Shown piece by piece: positions 1 to 13,427 of a DNA stretch of 64,000 bases (position 1 is the first letter of the stretch; every line of letters starts with the position of its first letter). This stretch comes from Ranitomeya imitator (Eukaryota). The stretch is from assembly GCF_032444005.1 (NCBI RefSeq), contig NC_091283.1, positions 561,968,001-562,032,000 of the forward strand, read 5' to 3'. Position numbers and translations under genes: made by a program. The notes beneath the pieces are model-generated. The model saw nothing but the letters and a program-made list of their open reading frames with translations, ran no database searches and had not been told where the DNA came from.

Positions 1-339
1 GGTAACTAGGGTAAACATCGGGTTACTAAGCGCAGGGCCGCGCTTAGTAACCCGATGTTTACCCTGGTTACCATTGTAAAAGTAAAAAAAAAACACTACA
101 TACTTACATTCCTGTCGCGTTCCTCAGCATCAGCTTCCCTGCGTCCCCCAGTGTCAGCGCCGGCCGGCCGTAAAGCAGAGCACAGCGGTGACATCACCGC
201 TCTGCTTTCCGGCCAGCGCTTACACAGTGCAGGGAAGCTGACGCTGGGGGACGCGACAGGAATGTAAGTATGTAGTGTTTTTTTTTTACTTTTACAATGG
301 TAACCAGGGTAAACATCGGGTTACTAAGCGCGGCCCTGC
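1..339. mobile_element. Fragment of the AGGTACC-terminal palindromic MITE family (PIF/Harbinger-type); termini not in window
   Basis: Contains the ~72-bp hairpin module GGTAACCAGGGTAAACATCGGGTTACTAAGCGC...GCGCTTAGTAACCCGATGTTTACCCTGGTTACC also seen in the complete copies at 26566 and 29700. Confidence 0.8.
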
Positions 340-2137
340 GTCAGTGCCCGCTCCATACTCCCCTCCAGTCAGCGCTGACACAGGATTACTGGCAGCGCTA
401 ATGGACCGTGTTATGCCGTGGTGTAACGCACTCCATTAACGCTGCTATTAACCCTGTGTGACCAACTTTTTACTATTGATGCTGCCTATGCAGCATCAAT
501 AATAAAAAAGATCTAATGTTAAATAATAAAAAAAATAAAAAATCGTTATATACTCACCGTCTGTTGGACCCACAGATCCACAACAGGCCTTTCCCGCTCC
601 TCGCGACGCTCCGGTGACCACTCATGCATTGCGATATCGCGAGATGATGACGTACCGGTCTCGTGAGACCGCTACGACATCATCTCGCGAGACCGCAATG
701 CACTCTTGAGACCGGAGCGCGCGAGGAGCGTCGGTAAATGCTTCCTAGATCCTGGGGCCAACGGAAGGTGAGTATATAACTATTTTTTATTTTAATTCTT
801 TTTTTTTAACAGGGATATGATGCCCACATTGCTATATACTATGTGGGCTGTGCAATATACTATGCAAGCTGGACAATATACTACGCGGGCTGTGCAATAT
901 ACTACGCGCGCTGGGCAATATACTACGCGGGCTGTGCAATATTCTACGCGGGCTGGGCAATATACTATGCGCGCTGGGCAATATACTACACGGGCTGTGC
1001 AATATACTACGCGGACTGGGCAATATACTACGCGGGCTATGCAATATACTACGCGGGCTGTGCAATATACTGCGCAGGCTGGGCAATATACTACGCGGGC
1101 TGTGCAATATACTACGCACGCTGGGCAATATACTACGCGGGCTGTGCAACATACTACGCGGGCTGTGCAATACACTACGCGGGCTGTGCAATATACTACG
1201 CAGGCTGTGCAATATACTGCATCGGCTGTGCAATATACTACGCAGGCTGTGCAATATACTATGCGGGCTGTGCAATATACTATGCGGGCTGGGCAATATA
1301 CTAAGCGGGCTGGGCAATATACTACACGGGCTGTGCAATATACTACGCTGGCTGTGCAATATACTGCGCGGGCTGTGCAATATACTGCGTGGGCTGTGCA
1401 ATATACTGCGTGGGCTGTGCTATATTCTGCGTGGGCTGTGCTATATTCTGCGTGGGCTGTGCAATATACTGCGTGGGCTGTACAATATACTGCGTGGGCT
1501 GTGCTACATACTGCGTGGGCTGTGCAATGTACTATGTGGGCTGTGCAATGTACTACGTGGGCTGTGCAATATACTACGTGGGCTGTGCTATACACTACAT
1601 GGGCTGTGTTATACACTACATGGCCTGTGTTATACACTACGTGGCCTGTTATACACTATGTGGCCTGTGTTATACACTGCGTGGGCTGTGTTATATACTG
1701 CGTGCGTGGGCTGTTATATACTATGTGAGCTGTGGTATATGCTATGTGGGCTGTTATACACTCCATGGGCTGTGCTCTATACTACGTGGCTGTGCTATAT
1801 ACTCCGTGGGCTGTGCTATACACTCCGTGAGCTGTGCTATATACTACGTGGCTCTGTTATATACTACGTGGCTGTGCAATATACTACGTGGCTGTGCTAT
1901 ATACTACGTGGGCTGTTATATACTACCTGGCTGTGCTATATACTACGTGGCCGGCCGCGAACAATCAGCGACAGGTGCAGTACGGCCGCGAATTGGTGCG
2001 GGAGTTGAACCATGCTTTGCTAATTGGTAGCGGCCGGCCAAATCCTGTGTATTCAATGTATTATTCGAAAATCTTCATAAATAGACTACATACATATTCT
2101 AGAATACCCGATGCGTTAGAATCGGGCTACCATCTAG
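340..2137 (+). mobile_element. Non-autonomous Helitron, 5' part missing or interrupted
   Basis: 3' end CCATCTAG|T at 2134-2138, preceded by the hairpin CCCGAT-GCGTTAGA-ATCGGG (2107-2126). The body is homologous to the inverted copy at 3419-4629. Confidence 0.8.
817..1950. repeat. 20-21 bp minisatellite (GCGGGCTGTGCAATATACTAC) inside Helitron
   Basis: Tandem units directly visible, drifting from the 21-bp GCGGG type to the 20-bp GTGG type along the array. Confidence 0.95.
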
Positions 2138-2199
2138 TAACAGATATATCCAACATAGAGCATTAAATGATTAAAACAGGGCCCCCAGGTCAATGTGAT

Positions 2200-3418
2200 C
2201 TTTACCGGTGATTACATGGAGATGACATTTTATGGTCAGTAGTGTCTTCTTCATACAGACCCCCAGGACCTGATCAGTGATATGTGGTCTTCACTGGTGA
2301 TTACAGGAGATGGCATATTCTGGTCAGTATTGTCTGCTTAATACACTACCTGATCAGTGATATGTGGTCTACACTGGTGACTACTGGAAATGGCATATTC
2401 TGGTAAGTATCCTTCATACAGGACCCCCAGAACCTGGTCAGTGATATGAGGTCTACACTGGTGTTTTTTGTTAGAGTAGGACTGGCAATATGTAAGGACC
2501 CTTGGCGTGGGTTGCAAGCTTAAATATTATGGCCATAATACCAACCAATACCTTACATACATTGTAATGTTTTTGGGCACGTCATTTTTTCAGGGTGCAG
2601 CTGGGCCCTAGATGGCTCTGTAAACTGTGGCCTCTGTTCACACAGGATGCATTATAGCAATGGCTGGCCCGCTTTATGGCGTCACTAATAGGCCTTGAGC
2701 CATATGCTCTGCATTTCTGTGTGAACATGCCACATACAGATTATTTTGCACAGGTGTGCCAGGCGGCCAAATCCTGATTGTAGGCTGGCTGCATTATCGG
2801 TATTATTGCACCTGTGCAACTGTCATCCACCAATGTTAACTTGGGTCCGCTGCACTTTGGTTAGTGTAATTGTTTGGCGGCCTTGGACAGGTAAGCATCT
2901 CTGCCTGTGTACTGGTTTTTTGTCAAGAATAGTGGAGGTCTTTTTTTCCTCTTGTGTTTTTTTGACCACTGCATAGGACATATTCAGGTCAGTATTGTCA
3001 TCTTCATACAGGACCCACAGAACCTGATCAGTGATATGTGGTCTACACTGGTGACTACTGGAGATGACATATTCTGGTCATATGTTCTTCATACAGGACC
3101 CCCAGAATCTGATCAGTGATATGTGGTCTACACTGGTGACCACTGGTTAGGACATATTCTGGTCAGTATTGTCTTCTTCATACAGGACCCCCAGGACCTA
3201 ATCAGTGATATGTGGTCTACACTGGTGACTACTAGAGATGACATATTATCGTAAGTATCCTACATACAGGACCCTCAGGACCTGATCAGTGCTATGTGAT
3301 CTACACTGGTGATTACTGGAGATGACATATTCTGGTCAGTATTGTCTTCTTCATACAAAACCCCCAGGACCTGATCAGTGATATCTTGTCTACACTGGTG
3401 ATCACTGGATATGACATA
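2200..3418. repeat. Degenerate outlying copies of the 89-bp satellite, interrupted by unique DNA and a small Harbinger-like MITE (~2629-2733)
   Basis: Motifs GGACCCCCAGGACCTGATCAGTGATATGTGGTCTACACTGGTG recur at 2257, 2317, 2420 and 3010-3410. Confidence 0.85.
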
Positions 3419-4629
3419 CTAGATGGTGGCCCGATTCTAACGTATTGGGTATTCTAGAATATGTAGGTAGTATATAGCACAGGCTACATACTATATTGCA
3501 CAGTGACGTAGTATATAACACAACCAACGCAGTATATAACATAGCTACGTAGTACATAACATAGCCACGTAGTGTATTGCACAGGTATGTAGTATATTGG
3601 TCAGCCACGTAGTATATAGCAGAGCCACGTAGTATATAACATAGCCACGTAGTATATTGCACAGGCACGTAGGATGTTGCACAGCCACGTAGTATATAAC
3701 ACAGTCACGTAGTGTATTGCACAGCTACGTAGTGTATTGCACAGCTATGTAGTATATTGGTCAGCGACGTAGTATATAGCATAGCCACGTAGTATATAAC
3801 ATAGCCACGTAGTATATTGTAAAGGCACGTAGAATATTGCATTGCTACGTAGTATATTGCACAGCCACGTAGTATATAACAGAGCCACGTAGTATATTGC
3901 ACAGCCACGTAGTATATTGGACAGTCACGTTGTATATTGCACAGTCACGTTGTATATTGCCCAGCTACATAGTATATAGCACAGAGATGTAGTATGTAAC
4001 ACAGCCCACGTAGTATATAGCAATGTGGGCACTATATGAGTGGTTAAAAAAGACTTAAAATAAAAATTAAACATATACTCACCTTCCGAAGGCCCCTTGA
4101 AGTCCTGGCGCCTGTGTGCGGTTCACGCGGCAGCTTCCGGTCCCAGGGTTGGTATGAGCGCAGGACCTGTGATGACGTCGCGGTCACATGACCGTGATGT
4201 CATGGCAGGTCCCTCTCGCATAGCATCCTTGGCACCGGAACCTTCAGCGCGCGACGTCAGGAGGTGAGAATAACCTTTTTATTATTATTTGTAACATTAG
4301 ATCTTTTTACTATTGATGCTGCATGCGCAGCATCAATAGTAAAAAGTTGGTCACACAGGGTTAATGGCTGCGTTAACGGAGTGCGTAACACCGCGGTCCG
4401 TTAACGCTGGCATTAACCCTTTGTGAGCGCTCAGCGCTGACTGCAGGGCAGTAAAGCAGTGGCCATTTCGCTGCCAGACTATGGCTGTCGCTGATTGGTC
4501 GTGGCAATGGTCGTGGGAGTTTTGCCACGACCAATCAGCGACTTGGATTTCCATGACAGACAGAGGCTGCGACCAATGAATATCCGTGACAGACAGAAGG
4601 AAGTGACCCTTAGACAATTATATAGTACA
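3419..4629 (-). mobile_element. Complete non-autonomous Helitron inserted at an A^T site inside a satellite unit
   Basis: Minus strand reads A|TGTACTATATAATT...CGGGCCACCATCTAG|T, with a subterminal hairpin and no TSD. Removing it rejoins the satellite unit GACATA|TTCTGGTCAG exactly. Confidence 0.88.
3475..4020. repeat. 20-bp minisatellite (CACAGCCACGTAGTATATTG) inside Helitron
   Basis: Reverse complement of the 817-1950 array unit; tandem copies visible. Confidence 0.9.
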
Positions 4630-7600
4630 TTCTGGTCAGTATTGTCTTATTCATACAGGACCCCCAGGACCTGATCAGTGATATGTGGTCTACACTGGTG
4701 ATCACTGGATATGACACATTGTGGTCAGTATTGTCTTCTTCAATACAGGACCCCCAGAACCTGATCAGTGATATGTGGTCTACACTGGTGATTACATATT
4801 CTGGTCATATGTTCTTCATACAGGACCCCCAAGACCTGATCAGTGATATGTGGTCTACACTGGTGATCACTTAGTATGACACATTGTGGTCAGTATTGTC
4901 TTCTTCATACAGGACCCCCAGAACCTGATCAGTGATATGTGGTCTACACTGGTGATTACTGGAGATAACATATTCTGGTAAGCATCCTTCATAAAGCACC
5001 CACAGAACCTGATGAGTGATATGTGGTCTACACCAGGGGTCCCCAACTCCAGTCCTCAAGGCCCACCAACAGGTCATGTTTTCAGGATTTCCTTTGCATT
5101 GCACAGGTGATGCAATTACCTGGGCAAGACTAAGGAAATCCTGAAAACATGACATGTTGGTGGGCCTTGAGGACTGGAGTTGGGGACCCCTGGTCTACAC
5201 TGGTGACTTCTGGAGATGACATATTCTGGTCATATGTTCTTCATACAGGACACAGAACCTGATCAGTGATATGTGGTCTACACTGGTGACTACTGGAGAT
5301 GACATATTCTGGTCAGTATTGTCTTCTTCATACAGGACCCCCAGGACCTGATCAGTGATATGTGGTCTACACTGGTGACTACTGGAGATGACATATTCTG
5401 GTCAGTATTGTCTTCTTCATATAGGACCCCCAGGACCTGATCAGTGATATGTGGTCTACACTGGTGACTACTGGAGATGACATATTCTGGTCAGTATTGT
5501 CTTCTTCATATAGGACCCCCAGGACCTGATCAGTGATATGTGGTCTACACTGGTGACTACTGGAAATGACATATTCTGGTCAGTATTGTCTTCTTCATAT
5601 AGGACCCCCAGGACCTGATCAGTGATATGTGGTCTACACTGGTGATTACTGGAGATGACATATTCTGGTCAGTATTGTCTTCTTCATACAGGACCCCCAG
5701 GATCTGATCAGTGATATGTGGTCTACACTGGTGACTACTGGAGATGACATATTCTGGTCAGTATTGTCTTCTTCATATAGGACCCCCAGGACCTGATCAG
5801 TGATATGTGGTCTACACTGGTGATTACTGGAGATGGCATATTCTGGTCAGTATTGCCTTCTTCATATAGGACCCCCAGGACCTGATCAGTGATATGTGGT
5901 CTACACTGCTGATTACTGGAGATGACATATTCTGGTCAGTATTGTCTTCTTCATATAGGACCCCCAGGACCTGATCAGTGATATGTGGTCTACACTGGTG
6001 ATTACTGGAGATTACATATTCTGGTCAGTATTGTCTTCTTCATACAGGACCCCCAGGATCTGATCAGTGATATGTGGTCTACACTGGTGACTACTGGAGA
6101 TGACATATTCTGGTCAGTATTGTCTTCTTCATATAGGACCTCCAGGACCTGATCAGTGATATGTGGTCTACACTGGTGACTACTGGAGATGGCATATTCT
6201 GGTCAGTATTGTCTTCTTCATACAGGACCCCCAGGATCTGATCAGTGATGTGTGGTCTACACTGGTGATCACTGGAGGTGACATATTCTGGTCAGTATTG
6301 TCTTCTTCATATAGGAACCCCAGGACCTGATCAGTGATATGTGGTCTACACTGGTGACTACTGGAGATGGCATATTCTGGTCAGTATTGTCTTCTTCATA
6401 TAGGACCCCCAGGACCTGATCAGTGATATGTGGTCTACACTGGTGACTACTGGAGATGGCATATTCTGGTCAGTATTGTCTTCTTCATATAGGACCCCCA
6501 GGACCTGATCAGTGATATGTGGTCTACACTGGTGACTACTGGAGATGACATATTCTGGTCAGTATTGTCTTCTTCATATAGGACCCCCAGGACCTGATCA
6601 GTGATATGTGGTCTACACTGGTGACTACTGGAGATGACATATTCTGGTCAGTATTGTCTTCTTCATATAGGACCCCCAGGACCTGATCAGTGATATGTGG
6701 TCTACACTGGTGACTACTGGAGATGGCATATTCTGGTCAGTATTGTCTTCTTCATATAGGACCCCCAGGACCTGATCAGTGATATGTGGTCTACACTGGT
6801 GACTACTGGAGATGACATATTCTGGTCAGTATTGTCTTCTTCATATAGGACCCCCAGGACCTGATCAGTGATATGTGGTCTACACTGGTGATTACTGGAA
6901 ATGACATATTCTGGTCAGTATTGTCTTCTTCATATAGGACCCCCAGGACCTGATCAGCGATATGTGGTCTACACTGGTGATTACTGGAGATGACATATTC
7001 TGGTCAGTATTGTCTTCTTCACACAGGACCCCCAGGATCTGATCAGTGATATGTGGTCTACACTGGTGACTACTGGAGATGACATATTCTGGTCAGTATT
7101 GTCTTCTTCATACAGGACCCCCAGGACCTGATCAGTGATATGTGGTCTACACTGGTGATTACTGGAGATGGCATATTCTGGTCAGTATTCTCTTCTTCAT
7201 ATAGGACCCCCAGGACCTGATCAGTGATATGTGGTCTACACTGCTGATTACTGGAGATGACATATTCTGGTCAGTATTGTCTTCTTCATATAGGACCCCC
7301 AGGACCTGATCAGTGATATGTGGTCTACACTGGTGATTACTGGAGATGACATATTCTGGTCAGTATTGTCTTCTTCATACAGGACCCCCAGGATCTGATC
7401 AGTGATATGTGGTCTACACTGGTGACTACTGGAGATGACATATTCTGGTCAGTATTGTCTTCTTCATATAGGACCCCCAGGACCTGATCAGTGATATCTG
7501 GTCTACACTGGTGATTACTGGAGATGGCATATTCTGGTCAGTATTGTCTTCTTCATATAGGACCCCCAGGACCTGATCAGTGATATGTGGTCTACACTGC

Positions 7601-10600
7601 TGATTACTGGAGATGACATATTCTGATCAGTATTGTCTTCTTCATATAGGACCCCCAGGACCTGATCAGTGATATGTGGTCTACACTGGTGATCACTGGA
7701 GATGACATATTCTGGTCAGTATTGTCTTCTTCATATAGGATCCCCAGGACCTGATCAGTGATATGTGGTCTACACTGGTGACTACTGGAGATGGCATATT
7801 CTGGTCAGTATTGTCTTCTTCATATAGGACCCCCAGGACCTGATCAGTGATATGTGGTCTACACTGGTGATTACTGGAGATGACATATTCTGGCCAGTAT
7901 TGTCTTCTTCATACAGGACCCCCAGGATCTGATCAGTGATATGTAGTCTACACTGGTGACTACTGGAGATGGCATATTCTGGTCAGTATTGTCTTCTTCA
8001 TATAGGACCCCCAGGACCTGATCAGAGATATGTGGTCTACACTGGTGACTACTGGAGATGGCATATTCTGGTCAGTATTGTCTTCTTCATATAGGACCCC
8101 CAGGATCTGATCAGTGATATGTGGTCTACACTGCTGATTACTGGAGATGACATATTCTGGTCAGTATTGTCTTCTTCATATAGGACCCCCAGGACCTGAT
8201 CAGTGATATGTGGTCTACACTGGTGACTACTGGAGATGGCATATTCTGGTCAGTATTGTCTTCTTCATATAGGACCCCCAGGACCTGATCAGTGATATGT
8301 GGTCTACACTGGTGACTACTGGAGATGACATATTCTGGTCAGTATTGTCTTCTTCATATAGGACCCCCAGGACCTGATCAGTGATATGTGGTCTACACTG
8401 GTGATTACTGGAAATGACATATTCTGGTCAGTATTGTCTTCTTCATATAGGACCCCCAGGACCTGATCAGCGATATGTGGTCTACACTGGTGATTACTGG
8501 AGATGACATATTCTGGTCAGTATTGTCTTCTTCATACAGGACCCCCAGGATCTGATCAGTGATATGTGGTCTACACTGGTGACTACTGGAGATGACATAT
8601 TCTGGTCAGTATTGTCTTCTTCATATAGGACCCCCAGGACCTGATCAGTGATATCTGGTCTACACTGGTGATTACTGGAGATGGCATATTCTGGTCAGTA
8701 TTGTCTTCTTCATATAGGACCCCCAGGACCTGATCAGTGATATGTGGTCTACACTGCTGATTACTGGAGATGACATATTCTGGTCAGTATTGTCTTCTTC
8801 ATATAGGACCCCCAGGACCTGATCAGTGATATGTGGTCTACACTGGTGATCACTGGAGATGACATATTCTGGTCAGTATTGTCTTCTTCATATAGGACCC
8901 CCAGGACCTGATCAGTGATATGTGGTCTACACTGGTGACTACTGGAGATGGCATATTCTGGTCAGTATTGTCTTCTTCATATAGGACCCCCAGGACCTGA
9001 TCAGTGATATGTGGTCTACACTGGTGATTACTGGAGATGACATATTCTGGCCAGTATTGTCTTCTTCATACAGGACCCCCAGGATCTGATCAGTGATATG
9101 TAGTCTACACTGGTGACTACTGGAGATGGCATATTCTGGTCAGTATTGTCTTCTTCATATAGGACCCCCAGGACCTGATCAGAGATATGTGGTCTACACT
9201 GGTGACTACTGGAGATGGCATATTCTGGTCAGTATTGCCTTCTTCATATAGGACCCCCAGGATCTGATCAGTGATATGTGGTCTACACTGCTGATTACTG
9301 GAGATGACATATTCTGGTCAGTATTGTCTTCTTCATATAGGACCCCCAGGACCTGATCAGTGATATGTGGTCTACACTGGTGACTACTGGAGATGGCATA
9401 TTCTGGTCAGTATTGTCTTCTTCATATAGGACCCCCAGGACCTGATCAGTGATATGTGGTCTACACTGGTGACTACTGGAGATGACATATTCTGGTCAGT
9501 ATTGTCTTCTTCATATAGGACCCCCAGGACCTGATCAGTGATATGTGGTCTACACTGGTGATTGCTGGAGATGACATATTCTGGTCAGTATTGTCTTCTT
9601 CATATAGGACCCCCAGGACCTGATCAGTGATATGTGGTCTACACTGATGACTACTGGAGATGACATATTCTGGTCAGTATTGTCTTCTTCATATAGGACC
9701 CCCAGGACCTGATCAGTGATATGTGGTCTACACTGATGACTACTGGAGATGACATATTCTGGTCAGTATTGTCTTCTTCATATAGGACCCCCAGGACCTG
9801 ATCAGTGATATGTGGTCTACACTGATGACTACTGGAGATGACATATTCTGGTCAGTATTGTCTTCTTCATATAGGACCCCCAGGACCTGATCAGTGATAT
9901 GTGGTCTACACTGGTGATTACTGGAGATGACATATTCTGGTCAGTATTGTCTTCTTCATATAGGACCCCCAGGACCTGATCAGTGATATGTGGTCTACAC
10001 TGATGACTACTGGAGATGACATATTCTGGTCAGTATTGTCTTCTTCATATAGGACCCCCAGGACCTGATCAGTGATATGTGGTCTACACTGATGACTACT
10101 GGAGATGACATATTCTGGTCAGTATTGTCTTCTTCATATAGGACCCCCAGGACCTGATCAGTGATATGTGGTCTACACTGATGACTACTGGAGATGACAT
10201 ATTCTGGTCAGTATTGTCTTCTTCATACAGGACCCCCAGGATCTGATCAGAGATATGTGGTCTACACTGGTGACTACTGGAGATGGCATATTCTGGTCAG
10301 TATTGTCTTCTTCATATAGGACCCCCAGGACCTGATCAGTGATATGTGGTCTACACTGGTGACTACTGGAGATGACATATTCTGGTCAGTATTGTCTTCT
10401 TCATATAGGACCCCCAGGACCTGATCAGTGATATGTGGTCTACACTGGTGATTACTGGAAATGACATATTCTGGTCAGTATTGTCTTCTTCATATAGGAC
10501 CCCCAGGACCTGATCAGCGATATGTGGTCTACACTGGTGATTACTGGAGATGACATATTCTGGTCAGTATTGTCTTCTTCATACAGGACCCCCAGGATCT

Positions 10601-12970
10601 GATCAGTGATATGTGGTCTACACTGGTGACTACTGGAGATGACATATTCTGGTCAGTATTGTCTTCTTCATATAGGACCCCCAGGACCTGATCAGTGATA
10701 TCTGGTCTACACTGGTGATTACTGGAGATGGCATATTCTGGTCAGTATTGTCTTCTTCATATAGGACCCCCAGGACCTGATCAGTGATATGTGGTCTACA
10801 CTGCTGATTACTGGAGATGACATATTCTGGTCAGTATTGTCTTCTTCATATAGGACCCCCAGGACCTGATCAGTGATATGTGGTCTACACTGGTGATCAC
10901 TGGAGATGACATATTCTGGTCAGTATTGTCTTCTTCATATAGGACCCCCAGGACCTGATCAGTGATATGTGGTCTACACTGGTGACTACTGGAGATGGCA
11001 TATTCTGGTCAGTATTGTCTTCTTCATATAGGACCCCCAGGACCTGATCAGTGATATGTGGTCTACACTGGTGATTACTGGAAATGACATATTCTGGTCA
11101 GTATTGTCTTCTTCATATAGGACCCCCAGGACCTGATCAGCGATATGTGGTCTACACTGGTGATTACTGGAGATGACATATTCTGGTCAGTATTGTCTTC
11201 TTCATACAGGACCCCCAGGATCTGATCAGTGATATGTGGTCTACACTGGTGACTACTGGAGATGACATATTCTGGTCAGTATTGTCTTCTTCATATAGGA
11301 CCCCCAGGACCTGATCAGTGATATCTGGTCTACACTGGTGATTACTGGAGATGGCATATTCTGGTCAGTATTGTCTTCTTCATATAGGACCCCCAGGACC
11401 TGATCAGTGATATGTGGTCTACACTGCTGATTACTGGAGATGACATATTCTGGTCAGTATTGTCTTCTTCATATAGGACCCCCAGGACCTGATCAGTGAT
11501 ATGTGGTCTACACTGGTGATCACTGGAGATGACATATTCTGGTCAGTATTGTCTTCTTCATATAGGACCCCCAGGACCTGATCAGTGATATGTGGTCTAC
11601 ACTGGTGATTACTGGAGATGACATATTCTGGCCAGTATTGTCTTCTTCATACAGGACCCCCAGGATCTGATCAGTGATATGTAGTCTACACTGGTGACTA
11701 CTGGAGATGGCATATTCTGGTCAGTATTGTCTTCTTCATATAGGACCCCCAGGACCTGATCAGAGATATGTGGTCTACACTGGTGACTACTGGAGATGGC
11801 ATATTCTGGTCAGTATTGTCTTCTTCATATAGGACCCCCAGGATCTGATCAGTGATATGTGGTCTACACTGCTGATTACTGGAGATGACATATTCTGGTC
11901 AGTATTGTCTTCTTCATATAGGACCCCCAGGACCTGATCAGTGATATGTGGTCTACACTGGTGACTACTGGAGATGGCATATTCTGGTCAGTATTGTCTT
12001 CTTCATATAGGACCCCCAGGACCTGATCAGTGATATGTGGTCTACACTGGTGACTACTGGAGATGACATATTCTGGTCAGTATTGTCTTCTTCATATAGG
12101 ACCCCCAGGACCTGATCAGTGATATGTGGTCTACACTGGTGATTACTGGAGATGACATATTCTGGTCAGTATTGTCTTCTTCATATAGGACCCCCAGGAC
12201 CTGATCAGTGATATGTGGTCTACACTGATGACTACTGGAGATGACATATTCTGGTCAGTATTGTCTTCTTCATATAGGACCCCCAGGACCTGATCAGTGA
12301 TATGTGGTCTACACTGATGACTACTGGAGATGACATATTCTGGTCAGTATTGTCTTCTTCATATAGGACCCCCAGGACCTGATCAGTGATATGTGGTCTA
12401 CACTGATGACTACTGGAGATGACATATTCTGGTCAGTATTGTCTTCTTCATATAGGACCCCCAGGACCTGATCAGTGATATGTGGTCTACACTGGTGATT
12501 ACTGGAGATGACATATTCTGGTCAGTATTGTCTTCTTCATATAGGACCCCCAGGACCTGATCAGTGATATGTGGTCTACACTGATGACTACTGGAGATGA
12601 CATATTCTGGTCAGTATTGTCTTCTTCATATAGGACCCCCAGGACCTGATCAGTGATATGTGGTCTACACTGATGACTACTGGAGATGACATATTCTGGT
12701 CAGTATTGTCTTCTTCATATAGGACCCCCAGGACCTGATCAGTGATATGTGGTCTACACTGGTGACTACTGGAGATGACATATTCTGGTCAGTATTGTCT
12801 TCTTCATACAGGACCCCCAGGATCTGATCAGAGATATGTGGTCTACACTGGTGACTACTGGAGATGACATATTCTGGTCAGTATTGTCTTCTTCATACAG
12901 GACCCCCAGGATCTGATCAGAGATATGTGGTCTACACTGGTGACTACTGGAGATGACATATTCCGGTCTG
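4630..12970. repeat. 89-bp tandem satellite array (~87 near-identical units from ~5200 to ~12960, degenerate left edge)
   Basis: Unit TGGAGATGACATATTCTGGTCAGTATTGTCTTCTTCATATAGGACCCCCAGGACCTGATCAGTGATATGTGGTCTACACTGGTGACTAC. Period checked: CACTGGTGAC at 5281 and 5370. Confidence 0.98.
5034..5192. mobile_element. hAT-type MITE (CAGGGGT TIR) inserted in satellite
   Basis: TIRs CAGGGGTCCCCAACTCCAGTCCTCAAGGCCCACCAACA / reverse complement; perfect 8-bp TSD GTCTACAC (5026-5033 and 5193-5200). Confidence 0.92.
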
Positions 12971-13007
12971 AACCCCAAGACCCAGTAAGGCGATGGACAT
13001 CCATTAC

Positions 13008-13427
13008 CTTGCTCACTCCTTCCTCATTCACCTCCAGTCTCTTCTTCAGCTGCAGTATCTGCCACATGTCCTCCACGGCGCCACTTCCCCTCTCCTGTCC
13101 AGATTTGCTCCTTTCGATGAGATCTAACCCAGAAGGCAAGGTGTTTAAGGCCTCTAGCTGCTGCTCCAAGTGCAGGATCCTGTTTTCCATCCTGTCCACC
13201 TGCCCATTCTTCTCTTTCATCACCAGGACTCCTCCTGATGGTGGGTGCTGTCCGGTGCCACCTGGGAGCTGTACACTAACATTCTGGATCTGTAGGTGCT
13301 TGATGAAGGCATGAAGAAGAGTGTGCAGTGCAGTGAAATTCACTGCCCCGACTTCTGGGGTCCCAATGGCCAAATTGGCCAAGTCTTGTAGAGAGACCCC
13401 CTCCGGCTCCATCCCTGTCATGTACAT
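13008..13427 (-). CDS. QRICH2: Glutamine-rich protein 2 (sperm flagellar protein), first coding exon; remaining exons lie outside the window
   Basis: Translation contains VSLQDLANLAIGTPEVGAVNFTALHTLL, matching the QRICH2/C16orf96 N-terminal motif, and DMWQILQLKKRLEVNEEGV. Phase-0 donor AAG|GTAATG at 13008/13007. In-frame ATGs at 13427, 13421 and 13412. Lies downstream of PRPSAP1 on the same strand, as in human, which favours QRICH2 over C16orf96. Confidence 0.85.

Noticed and set aside
792-2166. Long repetitive ORFs (281, 303, 189, 213 aa) on both strands
   Set aside because: They arise from a 21-bp (in-frame) minisatellite inside a Helitron; overlapping frames are all open and there is no protein homology.
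5200-12960. CRISPR-like appearance of the regular array
   Set aside because: Units are contiguous and near-identical with no unique spacers, there are no cas genes, and the context is vertebrate.
5200-12960. Array as the repetitive coding exon known in mammalian QRICH2
   Set aside because: 89 bp is not a multiple of three, stops recur in all frames, and a canonical donor lies at 13007 before the array.
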